Shown piece by piece: positions 37,111 through 49,200 of a stretch of DNA of 49,476 nucleotides. The notes beneath the pieces were generated by a model. The model was not told the origin of the DNA, did not search any database, and saw only the letters and a program-made list of their open reading frames with translations. Position 1 is the stretch's first letter. Each line of letters starts with the position of its first letter. Position numbers and translations under genes: made by a program. Origin of the DNA: Euryarchaeota archaeon UBA549 (GTDB taxonomy: Archaea; Thermoplasmatota; Poseidoniia; Poseidoniales; Poseidoniaceae); contig DAGF01000091.1 in assembly GCA_002495645.1 (NCBI GenBank), forward strand, positions 1-49,476. Reading direction: 5' to 3'.

Positions 37111-37530
37111 TCAAGCCAGAATGAGACGTAGGTCCTCTAGACTGCGAAGCTCTGCAAGATAGATTTGCTCGATGGCGTCGTACATCTCTTGGTCGCCTGC
37201 CTTTTCCACGAGTTGAATGATGTTCGAATACACTTCGGCAGCCTTCGTTTCGGTCTCCAATGAGCGTTCAAGCATCGCTTTGTACTCGGTGGTGTGGACG
37301 ATGGGGTGGGGATTTCGCTCCGTCACAGGAACACCACCCAATTTGACGATGGCTCGACGGACAACATCGGCGTGAGCGAGTGATTCCGTGGCCTCTCCGG
37401 TGAACATTGGGTCGAGTTGCAGGCGGTTAATCCCCTGAATGTTAGCGGCATAGTGAGCGTACATGTTGACGGCACGGAGTTCCCATCCCAGGGCTTCGTT
37501 AAGGCGTTCAATCAGTTCTTGCACTCCCAT
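37111..37530 (-). CDS. Ferritin-like / bacterioferritin-family protein
   Basis: LNEALGWELRAVNMY, ESLAHA..V..AIVKLGGVP and LETETKA four-helix bundle pattern. Start moved to ATG 37530. Confidence 0.82.
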   Translation of the reverse strand: MGVQELIERLNEALGWELRAVNMYAHYAANIQGINRLQLDPMFTGEATESLAHADVVRRAIVKLGGVPVTERNPHPIVHTTEYKAMLERSLETETKAAEVYSNIIQLVEKAGDQEMYDAIEQIYLAELRSLEDLRLILA

Positions 37531-37590
37531 GTTATCACGAAGTCCTACAGGGTCATACAATATGAACCTCTGTGAAGATTGGCAAGGAGC

Positions 37591-40194
37591 TTACTCATGA
37601 CGAATCCATTCGCCATCGGAGGTTACTTCCCAATACTGCAGTTCTTCTGAAACATCGACATACCAGCCAGTTTGTCCTTGAACGGTCGAGGGCGTAGCCT
37701 GCATGACGCCGACCTTTCCTGCCTCTTCAGCGAGCGCTTTCATCGATTCAAGCGTCAAGCCGTGGCGCTCGTGAAGCGGGGTGTCGTCAACCACTTCTGA
37801 TGAATGACCAACCTCTTCCTCCTCGTCGTCCTCATCTTCATCAAAGGTCTCTTCCATCCATTCATCCTCGGAGGCCTGAGCTGCCTCTGCAGCCTTTCGG
37901 GTCAGCGTGACCAAGACGGCCAAGAGCAGGAAGAGAAGAACCGCAGCCATGGTCATGGCGGTGTTGGTTGAACCCACTGCACCTCCCAGAAGAACATCAT
38001 CAACATCGTAGAACGTTTGTGCGAGCAGGCCACTCCACCGAATGGTGCAAGAGCGGTCGGTTCCACCGTTTTCGATGTCAACTTCCCAGGTGCCGTTGGT
38101 CACAAAGGAGGCGGGCCCTGACGTGCAGGTAACGCTGGTGTTTTCTTTGGGAATGCTGAGCGTGTTTCCATAGGCGTCGGTTGCAAAGGCGTTCATCAAC
38201 ACAACATCGCCCTCAGCGATGGAGTCTCGGCTCATCGAAGCCTGAATCCGAATGGGCGCGCCTGCCTCAATCGTTAATGGAATGGTGTGCGAGGCACCCT
38301 CATCTTCGAGAATTAATTCGTAAGAACCCACCTTCTTGCCGGTGAATTGCCAATAACCAAGGCCCGTGGGAGAAACGTCCAACTCTCCAAGCGAAGCATT
38401 GAGCATCGTGGTAACCGACGTGGACTCGGCGATGTTGCCGTGAATATCGACCACCTGTATGAAAAGGTCGTGGGGCAGGCCAGCGTTGACGACCAAGCCC
38501 TCATCGGCATCGGTGACAAGTGCGTGCGCATCTCCGGTGACCACCGTCAAGCGAACCGTTGCAAACACACCGTCAGCGTTGACCCGAAGCTCATGACCTC
38601 CGACGGTGGTGGCCGTCCAACGTCCGTCGTTCAACAGCATGTCAAGCGTGATGTCCTTGCCGTCCAATGTCCAATTGAGTGCAACATCGCCGAGTTCGTT
38701 TCCATAAGCATCAAAAAACGCTGGATTGAGAGCCAACTCACCGTCGGCAGGAACTTGACTTCCTTCACCGTCCAAATTGATGAAGGCGAGGCGACCTGGA
38801 CGAACATCAAACGCGGCATCGGTGGCAAACATGGCCCCCGTCGTGTTGTCAAACCAGCTTCCATCAAACCGCCACGATATTGCACGCTGTGCTTGAAGCA
38901 AAACAAAGGAAGGGTCCGGTGTCAACTCGGCTTCATCTCCCATGGTCATGGCGATGGTCCCGTCCACAACCCAGCGGTTTCCTTTCACATCCTCCGCCAT
39001 GAGTTCAAGAACGACTTGATCGCCAGCGGCGGGTTCCCGTGGTGTAATTTGGAAGCCGATGTCAATCGCTCGGCCGTGCTCCACATCGAGTGTCAATGAA
39101 CTGCTCACGGTACCGTCAACACCGGTAATGACCGCAGGCCCAGTGGCTGAAGGATTCCAAAACACCCGTGCATCGTCGTCAACCGACAAGCCACCAGAAG
39201 AAGCCGTGAGAGCATGGATGGAGGGTGAGACAAAGCCGATGTAGCCGTTGGCATCGCGGCGTTCAAACACCAACTCGTAGGATTCGCCTGCCATGAACAT
39301 CTCTGGTGTGTCAACCACCATCAGTTCCGATGCAACAGCATCACCCGGAATCACATGAAGCGTGGTGCTGCCCGTGATGTTTCCAGCGGACACGGTGATG
39401 AGCCAATCACCGGTGTTGGTCGCGAGGTATTCCCCCTGTGCGTTAAACGAGCCGTTTTCGGCGAACCAAGCCAGGGAACCCACCGTGGACAACGGCATTT
39501 CATAGCCGTTGATATCGACAAGATGTGGCGTGATTTTTTCGATGGTTCCTGCACGAACCATCAGCGGGTCATCGAAAACAAATTCGTGAGGCGCACCTGC
39601 TGCGACCGTGATGGTAGCACGTGTTTCCAACTGGTTGTACCTCACTCGGACATCGTAATCTCCGATGGACTCTGCTGCCCATGTGGGTTGCCCGTGGCCG
39701 ATGTATTCGCCATTGATGTCCCAAACCATGGACGCTGCGCCAGGCATACGGTTGCCTCTGGCGTCGAGCAGGTCAGCGGTCATCGTCGTTGATTCGAGAA
39801 CACCTACGTTGAGGCGAGTGATTTCAATCGAGGTGGGGACGCCGGCTTCAACCGTGATGTTGTGGTATCCCCGAAGGCCATCGTGCTCGGCGATGATTTC
39901 CACCAAACCGGCGGACCATGGATAGAACAAACCGTCTTCCGTGATGCTGCCGTTACTTGTCGACCAACTGATTTCACCTGAAACGAGGTTGTTGACAGGG
40001 TCGTAAATCAGGGCTTCAAACGAGACGACTTCATCAGCGGACATGGAGGCAGGTGGGTCATCGATGACGACCCTGTCGGCTGTCCCTGTACGCTGAATAA
40101 CGGGCTTCTCGTCCAAGAGGGTCGGTACGTTCGTGGACAGCGTCCCCAGGAGAACGAGCGCAACGAGAGCAACGCACGTTTTCGGGAAATTCAT
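37591..40194 (-). CDS. Secreted single-pass surface protein of tandem Ig-like repeats with acidic and Trp-rich cytoplasmic tail
   Basis: Signal peptide, repeated D..GN motifs, TM MAAVLLFLLLAVLVTLT-RK, Asp/Glu run and tail GWYVDVSEELQYWEVTSDGEW. Confidence 0.75.
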   Translation of the reverse strand: MNFPKTCVALVALVLLGTLSTNVPTLLDEKPVIQRTGTADRVVIDDPPASMSADEVVSFEALIYDPVNNLVSGEISWSTSNGSITEDGLFYPWSAGLVEIIAEHDGLRGYHNITVEAGVPTSIEITRLNVGVLESTTMTADLLDARGNRMPGAASMVWDINGEYIGHGQPTWAAESIGDYDVRVRYNQLETRATITVAAGAPHEFVFDDPLMVRAGTIEKITPHLVDINGYEMPLSTVGSLAWFAENGSFNAQGEYLATNTGDWLITVSAGNITGSTTLHVIPGDAVASELMVVDTPEMFMAGESYELVFERRDANGYIGFVSPSIHALTASSGGLSVDDDARVFWNPSATGPAVITGVDGTVSSSLTLDVEHGRAIDIGFQITPREPAAGDQVVLELMAEDVKGNRWVVDGTIAMTMGDEAELTPDPSFVLLQAQRAISWRFDGSWFDNTTGAMFATDAAFDVRPGRLAFINLDGEGSQVPADGELALNPAFFDAYGNELGDVALNWTLDGKDITLDMLLNDGRWTATTVGGHELRVNADGVFATVRLTVVTGDAHALVTDADEGLVVNAGLPHDLFIQVVDIHGNIAESTSVTTMLNASLGELDVSPTGLGYWQFTGKKVGSYELILEDEGASHTIPLTIEAGAPIRIQASMSRDSIAEGDVVLMNAFATDAYGNTLSIPKENTSVTCTSGPASFVTNGTWEVDIENGGTDRSCTIRWSGLLAQTFYDVDDVLLGGAVGSTNTAMTMAAVLLFLLLAVLVTLTRKAAEAAQASEDEWMEETFDEDEDDEEEEVGHSSEVVDDTPLHERHGLTLESMKALAEEAGKVGVMQATPSTVQGQTGWYVDVSEELQYWEVTSDGEWIRHE

Positions 40195-40206
40195 TCTACC
40201 ACGTCC

Positions 40207-43200
40207 TCAATCCGTGTACTCTTGCCACTCTTCCTCGCCAGGATTACGGTACCACCAGGTACCGTCTTCGTCTTCCCACCATTCCACGCCGTCTTCGTCA
40301 AAGGTGGTTTCGAGTTCCTCCTCGACCTCCTCATCCTCGGCAGGTGCTTCTTCGGGTGGTGGACCAGATGGACCGGGTGCAGGACCGGATGGACCGGGAG
40401 CGGGGCCGGTTGGGCCGGGAGCAGGACCTGTTGGACCTGGCGCAGGGCCGGTTGGACCGGAGGGGCGTTCGTCGTCGTCGTCATCGTCGTAGTCGTCATC
40501 GTCCCAGTCGTCGCTGCCGCCGCTGTTTCGCATGAACATGACACCGAGCACCAAGAGAACGATGGCCACGAGTGCAAGCAAACCAGCACCAACATAGTAC
40601 AGTGTTCCACCTGCTTCAAAGAAGCCTTGGAAGTTGCCGATGACGGTTATTTCTTCGTTGACGCGAACGGCGCCAACACTGACCGTGATGGTTTGCGGTC
40701 CATCGTCAAGCGTGGTGACGGTCCAAAGGTCGGAGGAGGTCATCGACGATGTTCCACGACCTGTGGATTCAACCTGGACACTGCCTGGAACGGGGATCTC
40801 GTTGTCAAAGGCGTCGAAGGCTCGGATGGCGACCTCAAGGCTGGCAAGTTGCTCAAGGCTATCGGTTGAGAGGTTGACCTCCAAGCGGGCCACAGTGTTC
40901 TGAGCTGAAACCGTAATTTCAGCGGTTGAAACAGCACCGCCCACGCTGTATTGGAGCGTGTGGACGCCAGCCACTTCGGCATCGTAGGTGTAGGTTCCCT
41001 CCGATGAGGTGATGATGCTCAAGGTTGGAACGCTTGCTCCGTCTTCGGTCCATTCCACGTCTTGCGGGAATTGGTTCCCATCAGCGTCCGTTCCCGTCAC
41101 TTGAATGTCAACTCGGTCACCAGCGGTCGGGCTGGTGGTCGAGAGGTCTGCTGCCACCGTGACAGCTTCACCGTGCAGCACCGTGATGGAGACACTATCC
41201 GAGATGTTGAAGCCCGTTCCGCTGATGCTGTAGGCATCAATTCGCCATTCACCGACCGTGGTCGCTTCCCAGCGCATGCCATCAAGCAACAACTGCGTCG
41301 TGATGTCCTGAACATCGCCGGTTGCTACGTTGACCTCAAGCCAAGTCAATTCGTCCGAGGAGATTCGGTTGTTGTCCGTGTCAAAGAGTTCCGAAGTGAA
41401 GTCAACCGCGAAATCTGAGGTCACCTCAATGAGAGCACCCGTTGAACGAAGTGGGTCGTTGGCCACAGCTTCGATGGTGACGGTGTTGAGCATACCGTGG
41501 TCGACGGTGATGTTGATGGAGACGCTGAGGTCGGTGTTTTCGTCACTGTAGGTTGCCGTTAGCGTGTATGGCAAATCAGAGGCGTAGTAGGGTGTGAAGG
41601 TGGTGGCGTCGCCGGTCAAGACCTCAAGGAAATTCGAAGCATCGCTGATGGTCGGGTGGTCAAGCGACCAGTTGGATTCTGGAACCGCCCACTGATTGCC
41701 TTTGGCATCGATGGCGAAGATCTTCGCTTCCAGCGTATCGTCAGCCGTGATGTCAAAGTGTTGCCAGGTGGCAATCTCATCATCCACCGTAATGCGGAGC
41801 GTTTGGGTTTGGCCACGAGAAACATCGATGACAATTTGCGTCAATTCGGTCTCATACCGTGCTTCAAGAATCTTGGATCCGGTCTTCACCGGGTCCCATG
41901 TGGCTGGCGCACCGGGCGTCAACTGCCCGTCCGATGTCTTCGTCCAATTATCGGCTGGCAAAACGACGGTCAAACGATTTCCGCGCACGTCAACCCGCGT
42001 GGTGTTGATGTAAACGCGGTCATCAGCAGTGATGGACGTCGAAGAGGCGTTCAGTTCAAGGTAATCGATAGCGCCGTGTCCAACGGTGATTTGGAGTTCG
42101 TCCATGGCTCCTGAAGCAGATGTGAGATTCAACCACCAAACGCCGACATGGTCTGGGAAGTACTTCTGGTCAATTTCCGAGTAGTTTCCGTTGGTGGTGC
42201 TCCATGTCAGGTCTCCAGCGTCGGCGATGTCCAAAGCGTTGCCGAACTGGTCGTACAAATCGATGCTGATGTCGCACCATACGCCGGCAGGCACCGTGCC
42301 TTCGCATCCACCCAATACGAAGTAAGATGGAACACCGGCTTCGACCGTAACCGCCACATCCACAAACTCACCCGAAGGCACGTTGTGAGCCACACGGACA
42401 ACGTGTGAACCGACAGCGTAAGGCTGGAAGATGTTGGGCACAACAGCGCTCATGCTACCGTTGGTCGGGGTATAGGTGATCGGCTCGCCGGGCACCATAT
42501 TGCCGTGCTGGTCAACCATGTTGGCCGTGATAGTCAAGGTCTCGTCAGCCGTGATGGTCGCCGAGAGCGGCGTTACAACGAGTTCAGTTGCGGCACCGGG
42601 CGTGACCGTGATGTTTTGATGGCCGCAGACCAGACCGAAGCAGGAGGTGATGGTCGTGACACCAGCCGTGTTTGGCGTGAACAACCCGTTGCTCCCGATG
42701 TTTCCGGAAGAGGACGACCACGTCATCGGCGGGGATTGAACCATGGAGAGATGGTCGTACGCCACGGAGTTGAAGTTCACAGCAGTATCTGCATCGGTGG
42801 TTGTTGTGCCGCCAGATGAACTGATGGCCACGCTGGTGATGTTGGTCGTGTTGAACAGGATTTGTGGCCTGTAGTTGACGTTGGTTGCCGTACCGGAGTA
42901 GAACGTTGCATGGGCATAGCCGTTGTTATTGGGCGTTCCAATGATGACCCAAGCCTGCTGGTTGGAGATGGTCATGCCAGCGGTGCTGACATCGAACCAA
43001 ACCCATCCTGTGGTGTCAACATTCACCACGGTTGTCGATACGGCGTCGCCATAATCCACGCCCGCCTGCATACCGGGAGCACCCCATGTTCCGCCTGCTG
43101 TGGTGCCGTTCCAGGTGGCAGAGGCAGCGCCCCAGTTGGCATTGGTGATGGGGTGGACGTTGAACGCAACCGATGTTGCTCCCTGAACCGAAGTCCACGA

Positions 43201-46200
43201 TTCAACGTACATTCCAAGCGAAGCAGAATGCACTTGCTGATATTGTGCGAACGGCACTTGACCAGCGTTCAAGGCCACATTGATGCGGCATTCGTCACCG
43301 TAGAGGGTGCCACAGAAGGTTCCCGCACTGATGGTCTGCTCACCGGCAAAATTGGTGTTCGCATATTCGCTGTAGACGGCCGTGTCTTGCACGTTGGTGT
43401 GGCCAAAGGCGGCGATTTCACTGCCGGTTTGGAAGCGGTACGTGTAGGTGTAATCGTTGTTGAAGGTGTGGTCGGGGTCGCCGACGGCGAAACTCCAGCG
43501 CGAAGAGGAGGGGCCTGGGATGGACTGATTCACGCCTTGAACCCACCAGGAGAAGAGTTGCCCCTCGGTCAAGTTGTCCGAGAATCGGAAGGTGGTGTTG
43601 GTGATTTCAGAATCTTCCCACGAGCGGAATTTGTACACACCGCTCTCGTTTGCGATGGTGACAATGTACCCCGTTGCACCGCTCACCGGCGTCCATGTCA
43701 AGACGGGTTGGGTCGAGGGGGTGAGCAAACCGTCAGCCTCGGCGTAGAGCACTTGGCCGTCCGCAGGCGAGGTCAGCATGGGCTGTCCGGGAGGAACAAT
43801 GCCGTTGACGTTGTCAACGTAATCCAGCACCAGGTGGGGGTGATAGGCGTCGTCCGAATGTTCGGAGGAGTAGAAACTGTGGGAGGACCCTGTGCTTCCA
43901 ATCATCGCCAGCATGAACGTCATGGTGGTGTTGCCGTTGGCGATGTTGCTTTGTGCCAAGCTGGTCAAATCCCATTCCACCCATCCGAAGGGGTTGTTCA
44001 AGGTCAGGGTTGAACGGGTGATTTCGGTGGTTGAACAGGTTGGGGCCGTGGCCCACACAACACTGGATTCGGTAAAACCACTGCAAGCGTAAGCTGCAAT
44101 CGTGGTTGACGATGTTCCCGAAACGCCGGGCTGGTACATTCGCAGCATCATTTGCGTGGGGGTCATCGCAGAGGGCCATGGGATGTTGCTGAGGTCGAAT
44201 TCCATGAGAATGCGACTTTGTCCCGTGCCCAAACCGTTGACGCCGAGGACCATGGTGTTGGAACCGCCTCGGTTCACCGTTGCGTTGGAATCAATTTCAA
44301 CGTCCTCCACCATCGGCAATTGACCCGTGTAGTCAAAGATCGAGCCACGAGACAGGTTCAGCGTGTGATTCCCGTTGCCGTCATCGCTGCCCTGATCTTC
44401 AGGAACGCGATACTTGTTGACGGAGGACCACTCGCCGATGCGGTCGCCCTGGTCGGCTCTAACGCGCCAGTAGATCCAGAAATCCCCCTTGGAGAGGTTG
44501 GTATTGCTGTACGTGTTGTTGAGGAAGTCGAACGTGTCGTTGCCGTAGAGTCCCGCCATGATTTCGTCGTGCGTCCAACAGGTGGTGATTTCTTCGTTGA
44601 GGAACAAAGGATCGCCACCGCCACATGCTGCGATTTGGGTGTGGTTGCTGTAGGTGAGGTTGAAGGTGAAATCAGTGCTGTTGAGCCCCGACGGACGAGG
44701 CGTGGAAGTGTTCCAGAGGGTGATGCCGTCCAGGGGTGTGAGTCCGGTGGGTTGCGATGGCACCCATGCCTCGACGATGCGATAGGTCAGGTTGAGGCGT
44801 GGCCGAACGTCGATGTTCGAGGCTTCGCTTGAGGCAAATTGAACGCGCCCGTCTACGCCGGTTTCGAGTTCAACGGGGAAGAGCACGATGTCCAGTTCCG
44901 CCATGTTGTTCTTCAAAGCGTGCTGAACATAGGCTGTAACGTTAAACGCGGCGGTGCCGGTCTCGTTGACCCATTGCGCTGCGTTGAATGGGATATCGGA
45001 GTCTCTTATGGTGAATCCACCCGTTTGAGCCCACGATGAGGTGTTGCCCGCTGGGTAGGCGTAAACCGAGGATTCGCTCCATTGGGAGGTCATCTCCGAG
45101 ACCGCAATGAGCGTGGACTGGTAGGCGTTCACCACGGTGAATTCCAAACTGGCGTTCACCACTTCGTAGGTCCCGGGCATTGGAAGGGCACTGAAATTCA
45201 TGTTCATGAGCGACATTGAGCGGAGGTTGGGGTTGCTCGTGGACACTTGGCTGCGACCGACATAAAGACTTGAGGATGAACCGCGGTTGGTGTAGATGGA
45301 GCCCGTGTCAAGGTAGGTGTCTTGGGTGACGCTCGGATAGGAGAGCGACGCTACAATCGACCCTTCCTGGATGGAGAGGTTGGCATGGGTGCTGTTGATT
45401 TCCTGACCGACATCGTTTGGCAGGTAGAAACTTGTGGATGCACTTCGGGGACCAAGCATACCGTTGTTGATGGGTTGAACCATCCAGCGAATCTCCTGAG
45501 CGAACGTCAAATCTGATGAGGGCGTAAAGGTCAGGTTGGTGGTGTCAAAGTCTGAGGGGGTGGTGCGTGAATCGTACGTGAACAAGCCCGCCATGTCGTC
45601 GTTAGCATCGGTTTGGATGAAGACTCGCCAGTCAGAAACTGCGGTCGCCCCGCTGTAGGTCCATGAGAAGGTCGGGGAACGGTCGGCTTGGAGTGCATGG
45701 GAGGCCGCGTCCCAAACGATGGAACCGCTGGTCGGCGCGCTGTTCACGCCGCTCACGGTCGGGGTTGCGACGGTTCCGTCTTCCCATGTCAGCGTGAGGT
45801 AGGGGCGCTCGCTGGCGCTGCCCTCAGTGGAGGTGAAGATGATTTCATCCGTGGTCTGTGAAGAGGTGTAAACCATCAACGAGACAAAATTCTGGCTGTT
45901 GGCAAGTGCACCTTGAACAGCCTCGGTGACATCGAAATCCATCCAATCATCTTCCACACTGTCAACGAGATCAACATAGCTGCCGACGTCAACACCGATG
46001 TCGCGACCGCCACGCTCAGACCAGGTGTTGGTGCCGTCGTACGTGGTGGCGTTGGCCGAAGTCGTCCAAGGTTGGAGAACGGGACGGATAGCGACGGGCT
46101 CATCCTCTGGCGAACCGTATTCTGCAAACAAACTCAACTCCGCCCCGGTGACGCGTGCGCCCGAGGGTTGTGGGACTTCAGCGAGCGGAATTCGAATGAG

Positions 46201-49200
46201 AGCAGCGGATTGGTAGCCCGTGGACTGCTCACCGACACGAAGTGTCGTGGCGTTTTCATGGGTGTCATCGGAGCCCGAACCGTTCTCGATGACATAGGTG
46301 TCAACCAAGTGAGGCGTATTCAAGTGGGGAAGTGCGCCATGGTGTCGCAGTTCAACGGAAGCCTTGGTGGAATTGAAGACCACCGTGTTCAAGTCAGGAA
46401 GTTGGAAATGATAGGACGACGACCAGTTTCCAATTTGGTTGGTCGCTGATACGGCACGTACCCGCCAATACCATGTTTTCCCATCGTCAAGGTCGGACTG
46501 CAACGTAAAGGAGGTGTTGGTCACATCAAAACCTGCATCGTTCCAAGAGGTGTAGGTGAGGCTGTTGACCGATGAGAAGTCACTTTGGGTGTCGAGTTGG
46601 ACGATGTAGCCGGCCAGCGCCATTGAACCAGCGAAGTTCCAAACCAGTTCGGGTTGGGCGATGGGCGTCAAATCAACGCCGGCTCCGATGGACCACGAAC
46701 CGTTGAGTGGGAGGGATGGCGCTGGGTCGGAGGGCAAAGCATCCGAACCAGGGACGTAAACAAAGGAGAGTTCAGGGCGATTCGCCATGGAATCTTCGGC
46801 CGTGCTGAAATAAGCGGTTCGAGCGCCGCCGGAACCTGCACCCAACATGCCTGCGATGAAGTCCACTCGGCGGTCTTCGCGCATGGCGTTTTGAACCGCA
46901 AGAGTGACGTTCCATTCCACGCTGTCTCCTTCAAAGAAGGAGTTGCCCACGCTCACGCTGTCCAGAAGAGAGCCACGTTCGGCACCCTTTGCACCGGCGG
47001 TGTCCCACGCGTTGGAACCGTCATAACTTGCCCACGTGGCGTCCTCGGCGTTCCAATCGTGTTCACTGCTCTCCCAAACGGCGATGGTCGGGCTGCCAAA
47101 GGTCGTGGATGTCAAGGTCATTGACAAGTGGGCAGATTCCACAGCGTAGCCGTTGGGCAACAAATTGGACACGAGGTTACATCCCAGAAGGGCGGTGATT
47201 TCGCCGCCCGACGGGTTGTAATCAATGGTCATCTCCGAGTCGCCGTCAAAGTTGTCGGTTGATGCAGCGCTGTCGATGTAGGTGTCCATGCAGGCAGGGT
47301 ATTGATTGTCTTGCGAACCGTTGCCGTGCTTCATTCTGAACTCGTGGCGGTCGCCACCCAACCATGTGCTTTCGGCGGAGGAAACGAGGAAACTGGAGCT
47401 GACCCATTCACCGTAGTGGTCGTCGCTGTCCACTGTGGCCATGCGCCAGAAGTACATGTTGCCGACTTCGAGGGTCTTGGCCCCGGTCATCGGAAGGGTG
47501 CCGTCGGAGGGACTGAAATCGCTGTCAACACGGGTGTCAACGCGCAATTCACGCAGACGGAAGTCCTCGTCGGTGGCCAGTTCAAACAGGATGTCATCGC
47601 CGGTGGAAGGGCTCGTCCAATTCAACGATGGCTGCGTGTTGCCGGAGAGGTTGTGGCCGGTTTGATTCCAAATGGCCAAGCCCTCGGCAGGTGCGGTCAG
47701 GTTGACCGAAGTGGGCGGCGTGCCGCTGCCCCACTCGTAGGTGAGCGAGAACGACGGGGTATCGCTGGGGTTCGAGGCTTCAGCCGAATGGAATTGAATC
47801 CCTTCACCGTTGGTGTAGGATTCGTACTTACCACGGACCGCAATCAGCATGTCCAACGGTGCATCGTCGCCCCCATCAAGGTAGTTTTGGACCGCGTGGT
47901 CGAGGTCGAAGGTAAAGCTGGAACTGGTTTGATTGCCGTCAGCGAGAGCGAAGGCAGCCGTGCCGTTAGAACGACCCCCATCGTACCAAGAGAAGCCGTT
48001 GGTGGACATCCGGTTCCAGGTGATGCCGTCCTCGGTCCAAAGGCCAGATTCTTCCATACCGTGAATCGAGATCATCGGGTCGCCGGTGTAGGAGGAGCGC
48101 GTCAACTTCATCTCAGCGTTCACGATGGTCAAGTTGTCGTGCAGTCCGAGTTGATTCAACGAGGCCCTGAAGTGAATCAAGCGTTCTTTGCTTGACGTCA
48201 TGCTGGCCTCGAGGGTGGAGGCGTCGCCGTACGTGATCGTTTTGCTGGTCTCACTGACGGTGGCGTCCTGAAGGAAATTCGATTCCAGACCGGTATCGGT
48301 GGGGCCGAAGGTCATGGTGGCGGTGCCGTCCCCGTTATCCACCACATTGTGCGTTGGGAGCATGAAACTGGTGCTGTCCCAAGGACCCCACTGGTCGTTG
48401 CTGTCAACGGCTCGAATGCGCATGTGCATCGTGGTTCCGTTCACCAAGGCGAGGGAAGAAGGGAGGTCATAAGCGCCGGATGTGCCCGTTGAAGCGAAGG
48501 TGGACCACAACGTCGAGAAGTGCCATGCTTCGTCGCTTTCAGAGCGCCAATCGGCGTCGTTGCTCAATTGAATCTCAACGTCCGTTCCGGTGTTCTGGTC
48601 GTAGGAGAGGGTTGGCGTGGTGACGGCTTGGAGCAGGAAATCCGCTTTCATCCAAGGCGCACCGTCCTCCACAGGAAGGTCGGTGGAAACGGTTGCACCG
48701 CTGGTCGCAGCGGTGTTGTTCGTGGTGTCCATCGTGAGTTGAGGGCGGTTGGAGGCGCTCAGTGCTTCGGACATGCCGCAATCATAACTGGCACCAAACG
48801 ACGAGACGACAAGCGAGAGGTTGCCCGCGTTGCTCTTCGCAGCATCCTGCGCCAGAGCGGTGACGTTCAGGGTCAAGGTTCCGTTGCCCGTTAGCGTGGT
48901 GGGAGGCTCCCATTCGCCACGGTCAGCTGCGCCTTCAGCACCTGCCGTCGACCACAGTTGGCCGTTGTCATAGGCCACCCAAGAGGCGTGCGAACCGTTC
49001 CACAAACGATCCATTGTTGCCACATAGGCCGTCAATTCGGCAGGCCCAAGAACATCGGTTGTGCACTGCAGAGCAACGCTGGCCTCGTGAACCGTGTCGC
49101 TTGATGTGAAGTTCATCGGGAATCGAAGCAACAATCTGGACGCTTGGCCAACACCGTCAGCAAGGGTCCCTGAGACCGAGGTGTTGAAGGTCGACGACGG

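Noticed and set aside
40354..40464. Collagen-like domain
   Set aside because: The period is 7 residues rather than continuous Gly-X-Y, the tract is only 37 aa, and it is predicted to be cytoplasmic.
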